The notes under the pieces were generated by a model. That model did no database searches. It was not told the DNA's origin and saw only the letters and a program-made list of their open reading frames with translations. A program made the translations under genes and the position numbers. From Escherichia phage vB_EcoM_DE15, in sequence record NC_079184.1: DNA of 53,998 nt. One strand, 5' to 3'. Below, piece by piece: positions 39,339-49,554 of this stretch (position 1 is the stretch's first letter; every line of letters begins with the position of its first letter).

Positions 39339-42300
39339 TCAAAAAGATTTAATGAAGTTGAGCGTTAATGAGTTAATTGCATTAGGCTCTCAAAGCGGTC
39401 TGACTTTCCATGCTGGTATGAAGAAGTCGCACATGGTTCAACAACTTAGTGCGAGCGCTGCTTCGGGATGGCTGGATACAAATGCAGAATTAATGGGTGG
39501 GTCGTTCGAAGATGACAGTTTGATTACTGAATCTTTGGGTGACTCTTCCATGATTTCAGACGCTGCCCACATTGCACAAGTGCTTTCAAGTGCTGGCTAC
39601 ACAGAAGCATTTCATGCAGCAATGAATGGCCCATCACACCATGTAGAAGCTGTTCACGCATACATGGAAAGGCTTGGCGTTAGCACAGATGATGTGTGGA
39701 TGCACATGCCAAAGCCAAATCCGAACCTACCGCAAGGTAGCTTCAACATGCTTAATGCCTATATGCGAGATACTTTGCAAGGGCATCAAGATATTATGCC
39801 GGAAATCCCAGGCCATTATGCTGGGGATATTATGGCTGAATACTCCACCAACCGTGGAAACATTGCTGACTCCTACAACTACATGGCCCACATGTATGTT
39901 GACCGTGAGCAATATAGCAATCATGAACAATACGCAAGAGACATTAGTCGAGTTGCCAAACGTCTGGAACGAGAGTTACCCTCAGCCTTTAAGGAAGTTG
40001 GGTATACATCCGCATCTAATGTAGGAAATAAATCGGCCCCACATATTTCTTACATGGATGCACTCCCTCAGATTGGTTCTCCTTCGATTGTTTCTGGCAT
40101 TGCACATCCTCGTGCACCTCTTAACGCATCTGGACTTCCTCTTGGTTCTTATGGTTCTGGCATAAATCCAGAATACTCCCTCACTGCCTCGCTAACTGGT
40201 GGCACTGGTTGGAGTGAACCAAGCAAGGCTTTATATTCCTCTATTAGCGAAGCTGTTAAATCTGCTGCCAAAGTTTATTCTGGTTCCAAAGGGATGATGA
40301 ATACTCGTCACGAAGTATCTGACCGTGACATGATTATGGACAGTGCAACTCGCTACACAGATTTGGAAGAAGCCAGAAGCGGATACGAAAACCTTCGTTC
40401 TGAACTTGCAGATGAACCAGCTTATTCTGCATCAAGTGTTCGAGCTATTCTCGAAAACACTTACGATAGAATGGATGCCGAACCTGTTCGCATTCCAAAG
40501 ATGAAGGGAGCTTCACAGCGAGTCGATAAAGATTCACTGTCAACATCTACAGATTTTACAGCACAACTTGGAGAGGCCACCAATTGGAACTCTGCAAGAA
40601 TGCGTCGTGAGGAACTTGCGATTGCAAATATGGATAGTGCTGGATTCCGTGATGTATCAGACTATGGTACAGGACGTTCCGAGTCCCCCGTCCGATTCCA
40701 TGACTTAGAACAGGGCAGCCAAGAGTGGCTGGACTTCCGTAAAAATTATGACATAACTGGCTCAACTGTTGGAACTTTCTTAGGAAACAACCCATACACC
40801 CGACCTTGGGCTGGTATGATTGATAAGATTGGCTTATCTCGTAGTAAAGAGCACAGCGATTTCACCAAAAAGATGTTCGCTGATGGTCACAGGACGGAAG
40901 AAGAAGCACGCGCTCGTGTTGGTAAGGAATTTGGATTCGATATCAAACAAATTGGCGCTATAACAAATGACAACTATCCCGCCTTCATGTATTCTCCTGA
41001 TGGTCTTATTGGGGATGATGCCATTTGGGAGCACAAGAATCCGCAAAGGGCTGGTAAGTTTGCTGACCTTCTTAAAGGCGACCATCCAGACTACATGGAC
41101 CAAATTCAATTTGGTATGCACGTTTCTGGCCGTTCTCGTGCTTTGTTCTCACAAACCATCAACGACGAAACACGTTCGCAGTGGATTGAGAAGGACGAAG
41201 GATGGTACGAAAGAAACCGAAATCGCCTTGATTCTGTGCTTGGCCGTCTTGATGCTGGGCGAGAGTTTGTTAGAAACAATGCTGGATTAGAACGAGAAGA
41301 GCTGATTGCTGGTGCAAGAAGTGCAATGACTGGTGATGGAATCTGGAAAGATATTCGTCAAAGGTCTACTCGTGGCTATTCTGCTGCTGCTGGTACTCCA
41401 GAAGACCCGTTTATTGGTTCACGTTCTTCGTACAATCCAGAAGCATCCTACTCTGACTACAAGCCAAACTTTGTAATGCACGAGCAAAACTTTCCGGCAA
41501 CTACTGGAAATGGTGACACCGGAAATGACTCGATGGCATTGTCTGTTAAGAAAGGTATTCTTGCTGCTCAGGAAGAAAACAGGCAGAAAGGTATTGGTGC
41601 AGATGCAGACTTTGATGGCAAAGCCGATTCAATGGGCTGGAACCGTGAAAGATTTGATGCTGCCAATGGCGGTGGATATTCTGGCGGTGGTGGTGGTCGT
41701 GGCGGCAACTTCACAAGTGGTGGCAACTACTATGATGACTACGGTCGCATGGGTGGTTCGTTAGCTGCTGGCATTGCTGGTGGCAGTATTGGTTCAGCAA
41801 CCAACGGAGTTATGCAAGCATTGATGGCAACTCCTGCTGGACGTATGGCTGCTGTAGGCATTGGTGCTATTCAGATTGGCAATGAAGCTGCTGAATACAT
41901 GAATGACTTTATCGGCAACTCGCTTGATGCTGGTGTGATAAATCCTAATGAATATTCTTCCATGTCGCAAGGCTTGGAGATGTTAGGACTCAACTCACAA
42001 CAAGCGGCACGTCTGAATCAAACCACACATAGTGCCTATAACACCATGCTTAACGGCGACCCCAGCGCCGCTGTGAACATCGTTCGCGGCAGTAGGGGAT
42101 TGCTCACCATAGGTGATATTCGTGCGACAGGCGGCGACCCTGTGGCCCTGGCTCGCATCATGCAGGAAAGGGGCAAGGAGCGTGGCTGGAGTCAGGCCCG
42201 TATCGCAGGTGCTGCCGAAATGGCTGGCCTACAGGGTATGGCGCGAGCATACGACCGCACGGAATACAGCCATGAGCAAGCTGGCTCGGTGGTAGAAGCG

Positions 42301-43047
42301 GGTAGAAACTCCGACTTTGCCGAAGGTATGGCCCAATCGGAAATGTTGCAGGGAAGCCGCGCACGGATGCTGCCGAGCTACAACGTGCCACAAAGTGTCC
42401 TATCTAATGGCGCTTCTGTATTTGAGGCTGGCAGTGATGCACTTGACAGTGTACGCACTGGATTCAACAGGACACGAGAGTTTGCTGGAAGTGTTTACGA
42501 CTTTATTGCTCAGGAAGAATCTGGCGGTCGTGAATACAACAAAGATGGTTCTCGTGTAACAAGTCCAACTGGCGCTCGTGGGATAATGCAGATTCTCCCT
42601 TCGACTGCCCGTGACCCAGGATTTGGAATCAGGCCGTCTGATGGAACTCCAGAAGATGATGCACGAGTTGGTCGTGAATACTATGACGCAATGTACAAGC
42701 GTTATGGCGACCACGAGAAAGCAATGGCTGCTTACACCGATGGTCCTGGCACTGTTGACAAAGCTGTTGATAAGAATGGGTTGGATTGGCTTACTGCTGT
42801 TCCTGCACAGGCACAGAATCGCGTCAAAGCATTCCGTGAATGGTCCAAGTCTTCTCAATCTTTGGAAGAAGGTGCTACAGGGTTTACTCGTAATGGAATG
42901 TCATACGGTCAAACCCAAACTGTTGTTAATGTTAAGATTGATGCTAAGGTCAACAACCAGACTGCTTCTGCTACAGTTGCAATTCCTGGTGGTCAGACTG
43001 TGACTCAACAAATGAACATGAACAACGGTGCGCAACAAAGACGTTAA
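39322..43047 (+). CDS. Tape measure / ejected multidomain protein (1241 aa)
   Basis: Follows the chaperone pair. It has an N-terminal HeH/SAP-like motif, an internal YqaJ-like nuclease domain, a Gly-rich hydrophobic segment, and a C-terminal SLT domain (EESGGREYN...GIMQILPSTA). Confidence 0.75.
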   Translation: MKTMANQKDLMKLSVNELIALGSQSGLTFHAGMKKSHMVQQLSASAASGWLDTNAELMGGSFEDDSLITESLGDSSMISDAAHIAQVLSSAGYTEAFHAAMNGPSHHVEAVHAYMERLGVSTDDVWMHMPKPNPNLPQGSFNMLNAYMRDTLQGHQDIMPEIPGHYAGDIMAEYSTNRGNIADSYNYMAHMYVDREQYSNHEQYARDISRVAKRLERELPSAFKEVGYTSASNVGNKSAPHISYMDALPQIGSPSIVSGIAHPRAPLNASGLPLGSYGSGINPEYSLTASLTGGTGWSEPSKALYSSISEAVKSAAKVYSGSKGMMNTRHEVSDRDMIMDSATRYTDLEEARSGYENLRSELADEPAYSASSVRAILENTYDRMDAEPVRIPKMKGASQRVDKDSLSTSTDFTAQLGEATNWNSARMRREELAIANMDSAGFRDVSDYGTGRSESPVRFHDLEQGSQEWLDFRKNYDITGSTVGTFLGNNPYTRPWAGMIDKIGLSRSKEHSDFTKKMFADGHRTEEEARARVGKEFGFDIKQIGAITNDNYPAFMYSPDGLIGDDAIWEHKNPQRAGKFADLLKGDHPDYMDQIQFGMHVSGRSRALFSQTINDETRSQWIEKDEGWYERNRNRLDSVLGRLDAGREFVRNNAGLEREELIAGARSAMTGDGIWKDIRQRSTRGYSAAAGTPEDPFIGSRSSYNPEASYSDYKPNFVMHEQNFPATTGNGDTGNDSMALSVKKGILAAQEENRQKGIGADADFDGKADSMGWNRERFDAANGGGYSGGGGGRGGNFTSGGNYYDDYGRMGGSLAAGIAGGSIGSATNGVMQALMATPAGRMAAVGIGAIQIGNEAAEYMNDFIGNSLDAGVINPNEYSSMSQGLEMLGLNSQQAARLNQTTHSAYNTMLNGDPSAAVNIVRGSRGLLTIGDIRATGGDPVALARIMQERGKERGWSQARIAGAAEMAGLQGMARAYDRTEYSHEQAGSVVEAGRNSDFAEGMAQSEMLQGSRARMLPSYNVPQSVLSNGASVFEAGSDALDSVRTGFNRTREFAGSVYDFIAQEESGGREYNKDGSRVTSPTGARGIMQILPSTARDPGFGIRPSDGTPEDDARVGREYYDAMYKRYGDHEKAMAAYTDGPGTVDKAVDKNGLDWLTAVPAQAQNRVKAFREWSKSSQSLEEGATGFTRNGMSYGQTQTVVNVKIDAKVNNQTASATVAIPGGQTVTQQMNMNNGAQQRR

Positions 43048-43052
43048 TGAGT

Positions 43053-43068
43053 TGGGGAGAAATCCCCA
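43053..43068 (+). terminator. Hairpin TGGGGA-GAAA-TCCCCA
   Basis: 6-bp stem with a GAAA loop, directly after the tape measure stop and before the promoter at 43081. Confidence 0.45.
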
Positions 43069-43080
43069 GCTTACTTTAAC

Positions 43081-43096
43081 ATTAGTTGAATATGTA
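43081..43096 (+). promoter_or_regulatory. Putative phage-RNAP promoter (ATTAGTTGAATATGTA)
   Basis: The only consensus family member in the late region. Confidence 0.45.
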
Positions 43097-43119
43097 TTAA
43101 TTTCAATAGGTATATTGCA

Positions 43120-44229
43120 ATGCCGTGGCTACGCAGAGTTGAGGTAATAGTTTCACGTAAAGAAGACCCAAGCATTCGAACAATATTTAAATCACATCGT
43201 ATTGATTTTGAAGTTCGTTCTACTGTTGGGTGGCCCGCCGATACAGCAAACATAACTCTGTTTAACTTGTCATTAGAAGAAGTTAAGTTCCTCCAGGACA
43301 AGACCTACGGAGATATGTATATTGAAATTCGTGCAGGGTATGCAGAAGATGAACGTTCGGACTCTGGTGGTGGAACCTCTAGTGGCGGTGTTAAGAAGTT
43401 TGGTCAAAAGGCCGAACAGAGCGACCGCGTAACAGTGTCCACATCACTACCAACCATCTTCTCTGGAATTATTACAAACGCAGTTGGCTACAGAAAGCCT
43501 CCTGAACATGTAACACAATTGTTTTGTATTTCCAAGGCATATGGTGCATCCACTGATTTCAAACAGTTGACTGCAATCAAGCCTGGAACCAAGCTCATTG
43601 ATGCAATGCGCTCAATGTGTTCTGACTATGGATTCAATACCATCTCCACATTTGGTGTTGAAGATTCGGTCCTTGAAACAGTGATGCCTCGTGGGCGTGT
43701 GTTTCATGACACATTCTTAAACGAATTTCGTAACATGCTTGGCGAGTATAACTTGCTATACACTGTTACAACTGGTGAAGTGCAAATCTTCCCAGACACC
43801 TTTGGTGATAAAGATGCAGTAAACAGAATGTCCAAAGACAGAGAGCCAGTTAAGCTGGATGCCAACTCAGTCATTGGAAACCCTGTTGCTGGAATCTGCA
43901 CCTACACTTTAAACACATTCCTAAACCCATCTTTCCAACCAGGGATGATTCTTGATGTATCTCCTTTGCTTGGAGACAAGCTACTTGCCAATGGTGTGAC
44001 CTCTGTTTCAGGGGAAGGTATTGTACTCAATACAGACCAGTCCGTATTCCGGTGGGCTGTTGAAGACAAATACTTTATCATGGAAGTTGTGCATAAAGGT
44101 TCGACTCACACAACCACTTATCAAACATCAATCACTGCAATATTGGGTGGCAATACAATGATGGGTGGTAAGGAAGCTGCGTGGCAGGAAATGTATGCTA
44201 ACAGTGGAATGGCAATGGAGTCATTTTAA
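43120..44229 (+). CDS. Baseplate hub / DNA-circulation-like protein (Mu gp43-like by position), 369 aa
   Basis: Synteny with Mu/P2-type baseplate modules. Confidence 0.55.
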   Translation: MPWLRRVEVIVSRKEDPSIRTIFKSHRIDFEVRSTVGWPADTANITLFNLSLEEVKFLQDKTYGDMYIEIRAGYAEDERSDSGGGTSSGGVKKFGQKAEQSDRVTVSTSLPTIFSGIITNAVGYRKPPEHVTQLFCISKAYGASTDFKQLTAIKPGTKLIDAMRSMCSDYGFNTISTFGVEDSVLETVMPRGRVFHDTFLNEFRNMLGEYNLLYTVTTGEVQIFPDTFGDKDAVNRMSKDREPVKLDANSVIGNPVAGICTYTLNTFLNPSFQPGMILDVSPLLGDKLLANGVTSVSGEGIVLNTDQSVFRWAVEDKYFIMEVVHKGSTHTTTYQTSITAILGGNTMMGGKEAAWQEMYANSGMAMESF

Positions 44230-45116
44230 TGTCTATCTTTGATACCGACCTCATTGGTGGTGTGTCCTCTGGCTTGAAGAATTTCAGTTACGGGCATCAT
44301 CCATCTATTGTTATGTGGTCCAATGGACCTGCATCCCAGAAAGAAGAAGAGTCAGGACTGTTTGGTGGGTTTGCGAAATCTCTTGAGAGCTTGCCTGTTG
44401 TTGGCGAATCTGCCGTCGAAAGTTTTAACTCTTTTAAATTCGATGCTATGGTCAGTGAAGAGCACGCATCGGAAACAACTGTAACCAAGTTCCCCGTTAG
44501 TTCTGGGTTCATGGTTAGCGACCATGTTATTAATCAGAACAGGGTACTTAAGTTAACCGCTGTTGCTGTCAACATGCAGAACTCCTCCATGTGGACTGCA
44601 TCTGTACAAGGTTTGTCTGTTGCTTCTGGTGCAATCTTCAATAGTCCTGTTATCCCAATTCTTGGTGGAATTGCTGGTGGCGTTGCTTCTGCATTTGAGA
44701 CAAGCAACCGAATCCAGTCCACTTATGATTTGTTTAACAGCTTCCGTGTTACGGGGCAGAAGTTATACATCTCCACCATTCTGGGACCCTATTTGAATTG
44801 TGTAGTAACCTCAATCAAAACCAAACATGATAAGATGACTTCCGCAATGTTGTCAGTTGAAATCTTGTTTGAAGAGCTGCAAACAATAGGAGAAGATGTT
44901 CTTGCTAGCGAGGCTCGCAAGGCGATGGAATCAATGTCCGACTACTCTGAATTTGCAAAGGTTGCTCAAAGTTTGGGGATGGGTGTTCTTGGAGGTGTTC
45001 CGCTTCCTGGACTTGGTGCTCTTGGCACTCTTCCGACCAAACAGTTATCTAACTTGAAAGGTAAGTTGAGTAAACTGGCTTCTCCACTTTCTTCCATCAA
45101 GGGGCGTATCCTATGA
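44229..45116 (+). CDS. Baseplate hub protein (Mu gp44 / P2 gpD-like by position), 295 aa
   Basis: Assigned by synteny. Start overlaps the upstream stop (TAATG junction). Confidence 0.5.
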   Translation: MSIFDTDLIGGVSSGLKNFSYGHHPSIVMWSNGPASQKEEESGLFGGFAKSLESLPVVGESAVESFNSFKFDAMVSEEHASETTVTKFPVSSGFMVSDHVINQNRVLKLTAVAVNMQNSSMWTASVQGLSVASGAIFNSPVIPILGGIAGGVASAFETSNRIQSTYDLFNSFRVTGQKLYISTILGPYLNCVVTSIKTKHDKMTSAMLSVEILFEELQTIGEDVLASEARKAMESMSDYSEFAKVAQSLGMGVLGGVPLPGLGALGTLPTKQLSNLKGKLSKLASPLSSIKGRIL

Positions 45117-45475
45117 TTGAGCAGGAACATCAAGCTCTAAAGCAAATTGCTGAACTTCTGCCAACCGGATACGTGAAGAGTGTGCCTTACAGCATAAGGA
45201 AGGATGTATCGTTTGAGTTTAATGGTGTGACAGTTAAAATGTCTGCACTGTACTTAAACGAACCTTTAAACTGTTACATGTTTGACTTAGCGTGGGGAGC
45301 CACGAATAAAATATTCGGAATCCCTATTCGATGTGGTATTGATATTCTTAAGCAATACAAGACTCCGCTTCCAAACATGTATGCAGCTAACACAGTATTC
45401 CCTGGTGAAGAAATAACAAGCTACCGACAACTCTACCTATTCATTATTGACGAGAGTGTACTCGAACGTGGCTAG
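45113..45475 (+). CDS. Hypothetical baseplate-module protein (120 aa)
   Basis: ORF with a 4-nt overlap with the upstream gene. Confidence 0.55.
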   Translation: MIEQEHQALKQIAELLPTGYVKSVPYSIRKDVSFEFNGVTVKMSALYLNEPLNCYMFDLAWGATNKIFGIPIRCGIDILKQYKTPLPNMYAANTVFPGEEITSYRQLYLFIIDESVLERG

Positions 45476-46262
45476 TCATAACAATAACCAAAATGCTCCT
45501 GACATTAACACAAGTTATCCAGGGCACATTTACAACTTCGATGCAGCAACCCAAACTTGTGAGGTCCAGCTTGCAATCGAAAACTTGTTCGTGGGTTATG
45601 CCGAAGCCTACACCTTGCAGCCAAAACAAAGGTTGCAGGGTGTTCCTGTTCAGTTTATTCAGGGTGGCGGCTGGAGTTTAACTCATCCGGTTCCAGATGG
45701 AACCCCATGCTACGTCCATTTCTCCCAGCGAGGAATAGACCATTGGTTGTCGGAGAACAAGAGTAGTGCTGGCTTAGTAAACGGGCGACCTGCCCCAGAG
45801 TTCAGCCAACTGTTCTCCCACAATGCTGCCGTATGTACTATCGGGACTCAGCCTTTGACCAAAGTTATTCCAGGATTTAATGGTGGAGTAACAGAGCTGC
45901 GTAATGCGGACAGGAGCCAAAGACTAACATTGCATGGTGATGGTTTAATTGAAATCATTACTGGTGCTGCGAAGATTCAAATCACAAAAGATTCGGAGAT
46001 TCTCGTTGAAGTTACGTCGCAAGCTACAGTTAAAGCGCCGCAGATTACATTGGATGGCGATACGACCGTTACAAAATCTTTAACAGTGTTAGGTGGCATG
46101 GCTGTATCTGGGACCAAAGATGGCTCTACTGCAACGTTCACTGGTGACTTCAAGATGGACGGCAACATGGTTCAAACTGGCTCCCTCACTCTTAATGGTA
46201 TTAAGGTTGATGGTCATACTCACACTAACCCAGAAGGCGGCGATGTTGGGCCGATGAAATAA
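45447..46262 (+). CDS. Central baseplate spike (gpV-like) with HxH apex; start uncertain
   Basis: C-terminal beta-helix-like repeats and DGHTHTNPEGG. TTG at 45447 or GTG at 45456/45468. Confidence 0.6.
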   Translation: MTRVYSNVASHNNNQNAPDINTSYPGHIYNFDAATQTCEVQLAIENLFVGYAEAYTLQPKQRLQGVPVQFIQGGGWSLTHPVPDGTPCYVHFSQRGIDHWLSENKSSAGLVNGRPAPEFSQLFSHNAAVCTIGTQPLTKVIPGFNGGVTELRNADRSQRLTLHGDGLIEIITGAAKIQITKDSEILVEVTSQATVKAPQITLDGDTTVTKSLTVLGGMAVSGTKDGSTATFTGDFKMDGNMVQTGSLTLNGIKVDGHTHTNPEGGDVGPMK

Positions 46263-46633
46263 TGGCTGGAAATTTAGCTCTTGATTCAAACCACGACATT
46301 ATTATCGGTCGTGGAACAACTCGTATTTCAGGTGCTGCTCAAGTCGCTCAATTGGTTAAGTGCAGATTGCTGACAATCTTCGGAGAATGGAAGCTCGACA
46401 ATTCGTTGGGCTTGCCTTGGTTCGAAGCAATCTTCACAAAGCAAGTGCGTCCCTCGGATATTGAGGCGGCAATAGCCAACATTATTCGTGGAACTGCTGG
46501 TGTTCAGCAACTTATATCCATAGATATTGATGCAGACTACCGAGCAAGAAGCCTTGGAATCTCCTTTACTGCATTGTCTGATTATGGCAACATCACGGAA
46601 TTCTTAACATGGCAACAATCAAATACGGCGTAA
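46262..46633 (+). CDS. Baseplate wedge protein (gpW/gp25-like by position), 123 aa
   Basis: Assigned by size and synteny. Confidence 0.55.
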   Translation: MAGNLALDSNHDIIIGRGTTRISGAAQVAQLVKCRLLTIFGEWKLDNSLGLPWFEAIFTKQVRPSDIEAAIANIIRGTAGVQQLISIDIDADYRARSLGISFTALSDYGNITEFLTWQQSNTA

Positions 46634-47766
46634 CAGAGAACGGTTTTGTTCGCAAGCCTGTGGCCGACGTTGTATCAAGTCTTAATAACAAATTCATTGC
46701 TGCATTTGGTTCCAACTTTGATATAAGTCCGGAATCTCCTGACGGGCAATATATTGGAATTATGGCCGATGAAATCGCCTCGTGCTGGGAACAGGCTGAA
46801 CAAGTATTTAACGCATTCCGTCCAGGTGCTGTATCAGGCATTGGACTAGACAACGTTTGCGAATTAACAAATACTGTTCGATATGTTGACAAGCCTTCTC
46901 AAGCAACTGTCTTGTGCGATGGTGATATGGGAACTACTGTTCCTGCTGGTTCTATCGTAACGGATGGCACCATGCGCTTTATTCTCGACACAGATGTAAC
47001 ACTTCCAGGTGACGTAACTGTTATTGCAGAAGAGCCTGGTGAGTATTATATTGCACCGAGAACAATCAACCAAATCGTAACTCCTGTTGCCGGATGGAAT
47101 TCTGTAATTAACGAAACAGTTGGCGAGACTGGTATTAACTATGAATCAGACCCACAACTCCGAGCACGTCGAGAAAAGACTACGGCAGTCAGCAGCACAG
47201 CCACAGTCGAAGCCATCTATGCTTCACTCGCTGACCTCGATATTGATTACATTCGTGTTCGTGATAATGATACCGGCTCTCCTATTGGCAATCAGCCTTC
47301 GGGCACTGTATTTGTTGTAGTTGATGGCGGTACGAGTAATGATATTGCACGTCGAATCTACAATGCCAAAACTGGCGGAGTTCCGACATATGGCGATATC
47401 ACAATTACTGTAGCAGACTCGAAAGGCTACCCACACGATATTCATTTCAGCCGACCAACTTACACCGACATTTATGTCAAAGGTACGTTCCGTCGTCGTG
47501 CAAATGCCAACATAAGTTCGAACGATGCTATTCGTCAGCTTACAGATGCAACCATTGAATATCTCAACTCCCTGCAACCAGGGCAGAGTGTGGTATGGTC
47601 CAACATGTTTGCTCCTATCATGGCTGCAACACAGTATCTTGAGATTGATTCACTGTTTATTGGTATTGCACCAAACCCAACTGGCATAGCAACGATAGAA
47701 TTGGATATCGACAAACGTGCTCGTGGGGTTGCTGCTAACATAACTTACACTGATGTGACGGTATAA
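46609..47766 (+). CDS. Baseplate J-like protein (385 aa)
   Basis: Assigned by size and synteny. Confidence 0.6.
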   Translation: MATIKYGVTENGFVRKPVADVVSSLNNKFIAAFGSNFDISPESPDGQYIGIMADEIASCWEQAEQVFNAFRPGAVSGIGLDNVCELTNTVRYVDKPSQATVLCDGDMGTTVPAGSIVTDGTMRFILDTDVTLPGDVTVIAEEPGEYYIAPRTINQIVTPVAGWNSVINETVGETGINYESDPQLRARREKTTAVSSTATVEAIYASLADLDIDYIRVRDNDTGSPIGNQPSGTVFVVVDGGTSNDIARRIYNAKTGGVPTYGDITITVADSKGYPHDIHFSRPTYTDIYVKGTFRRRANANISSNDAIRQLTDATIEYLNSLQPGQSVVWSNMFAPIMAATQYLEIDSLFIGIAPNPTGIATIELDIDKRARGVAANITYTDVTV

Positions 47767-47767
47767 T

Positions 47768-48409
47768 ATGGCTGGTAAACATGGCTTAGATATGCTGCTT
47801 TCACAGTATGCACTGTCGCCAAACCTTCGTAAGTATATTTCAATCTTCTTAGAAGAGTTTGCAGAAGTTAAACAGGCCATGACTGACTCAGTTAAGTACA
47901 GATACTTAGCAGATTCGTTCGGAGTCATGGTTGACGACCTTGCGTATATTGTGGGAGCTTCTCGTGTAATACAAGGTGCTGCGGCACTTGGGTATTTTGG
48001 CTTCTACGCCAACCCAGGTGCATTTCCTGCTGGTGATGACAACGACCCAGGTATTGGTGGTATTCTGAAATCAGATTACGACAAAGACTCTGGAGACTTT
48101 GTTCGAACAGATGGTCAGTTAAAGGATGCAATACGTGCCAGAATCATTAAGATAACTGGCAACTGCACCATTGAACAGCTTATCATGTATATCGAGTTGG
48201 TCGTAGGAAGGGAACTGAAACTCCAAATCGTAGAGGGGTTTCAGACAATGGACTACATTATTCATGAAGAGTTGTCTGTGGCCGAGAAAGTTCTCATGGC
48301 CTACATGCTCCCGAACTTTAAGCCTGTTGGAGTTAAGATTACCCTAAGAGATACTAAAGGTAACATCGCTCTGGTTTATGGTTCCAAAGATTATCCTCCG
48401 GAGAAATAA
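47768..48409 (+). CDS. Baseplate wedge protein (gpI / Mu gp48-like by position), 213 aa
   Basis: Assigned by synteny. Confidence 0.5.
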   Translation: MAGKHGLDMLLSQYALSPNLRKYISIFLEEFAEVKQAMTDSVKYRYLADSFGVMVDDLAYIVGASRVIQGAAALGYFGFYANPGAFPAGDDNDPGIGGILKSDYDKDSGDFVRTDGQLKDAIRARIIKITGNCTIEQLIMYIELVVGRELKLQIVEGFQTMDYIIHEELSVAEKVLMAYMLPNFKPVGVKITLRDTKGNIALVYGSKDYPPEK

Positions 48410-49554
48410 TGACTCAACGTCTTAAGTTTAATTTTCCCTGGGCGCAAGATGGTGAAGTTAAAGACCCGGACTTGGATACCACTGCGCCAAGTTTTATCGA
48501 AAACAGGTACGCCAATCTGGGCTGGGAAGCTGAAAAGCCTCCCAATGAGTGGCAGAACTTCTTATCCCAAATTAGTGATTTGAAGATTATATCTCTGCTG
48601 TTCAGTGGCATTGCTGAGTTTGATTCAAGTGTGACTTATCAAGTTGGTGCAGTATCTTCTCTCAATGGTGTTGTTCGTGTATACACACCCACAGGTTGGG
48701 AAGAGGTGATGGACCTCAAGAGGGTCGACTACCTTAATGACGTCAGTAACTTGAAGTCCCTCTACGATAATCACTTGGCTGCAACCAATCCACATAAAGA
48801 AACTGTGGATACCATTACAGATAAAACTTATAGCAAAACTGATATAGATGATGCCTTTGGAAGCCCTACAGACCCAAGGACCATCGTGTATCATAAGCTA
48901 CAAACTGGCCGCGTACACCAAGAAACTCCACAACAGCTTGGAACACTTCCAACATCTGGTGGCAAGTTTTCCGGACCTGTGTCACTGTTGGGTGGTATGA
49001 AGTTTGGAACAAACATCACAATTCAAATGAACCCAGGAAATGGGAGAATTGAGATGCGAGCAGGTAATAGGATTCTATCCATTGATGCACTTGGCAATGT
49101 TCTGTGGAGCATAGTTGGTGGTGCAGAATATCCAGTGATGACAGAGCTGAATTACTCAGAATTTCAGATTCGCTGGGGAAACAGGTTTGCACTCCCTACA
49201 CCATATTTGCAAATGGACTTTGCGAGAAGCATTAATGATGGTTCATCTGTTCGTGACTGGACAATCACAACCACAGAAACACCAGTGTTTCACCCTAGCG
49301 GTGGGTTGAAGATAGATGACAACACTGTCACGTTTTCAGGATTTAATATCACTATTCCGACAACCATAGTTGCACTCACCAGAAACTCTGCTGGCGCACT
49401 TGGGAGGGGCAACTCAGATGCTCCATCTGGAGGATATACGAGCCTAAACACCCTGCTTACAAACTTGGGTGTATCAGATGCTGCATACATTGTCAGTATT
49501 ACTTGTTACCCAACACTTACCGCTTATCAGAAATCAATGTTAGTGAGGCCATAA
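48409..49554 (+). CDS. Tail fibre protein (381 aa)
   Basis: Position after the baseplate genes. Shares the NPH(K/Q) repeat motif with the next gene. Confidence 0.55.
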   Translation: MTQRLKFNFPWAQDGEVKDPDLDTTAPSFIENRYANLGWEAEKPPNEWQNFLSQISDLKIISLLFSGIAEFDSSVTYQVGAVSSLNGVVRVYTPTGWEEVMDLKRVDYLNDVSNLKSLYDNHLAATNPHKETVDTITDKTYSKTDIDDAFGSPTDPRTIVYHKLQTGRVHQETPQQLGTLPTSGGKFSGPVSLLGGMKFGTNITIQMNPGNGRIEMRAGNRILSIDALGNVLWSIVGGAEYPVMTELNYSEFQIRWGNRFALPTPYLQMDFARSINDGSSVRDWTITTTETPVFHPSGGLKIDDNTVTFSGFNITIPTTIVALTRNSAGALGRGNSDAPSGGYTSLNTLLTNLGVSDAAYIVSITCYPTLTAYQKSMLVRP

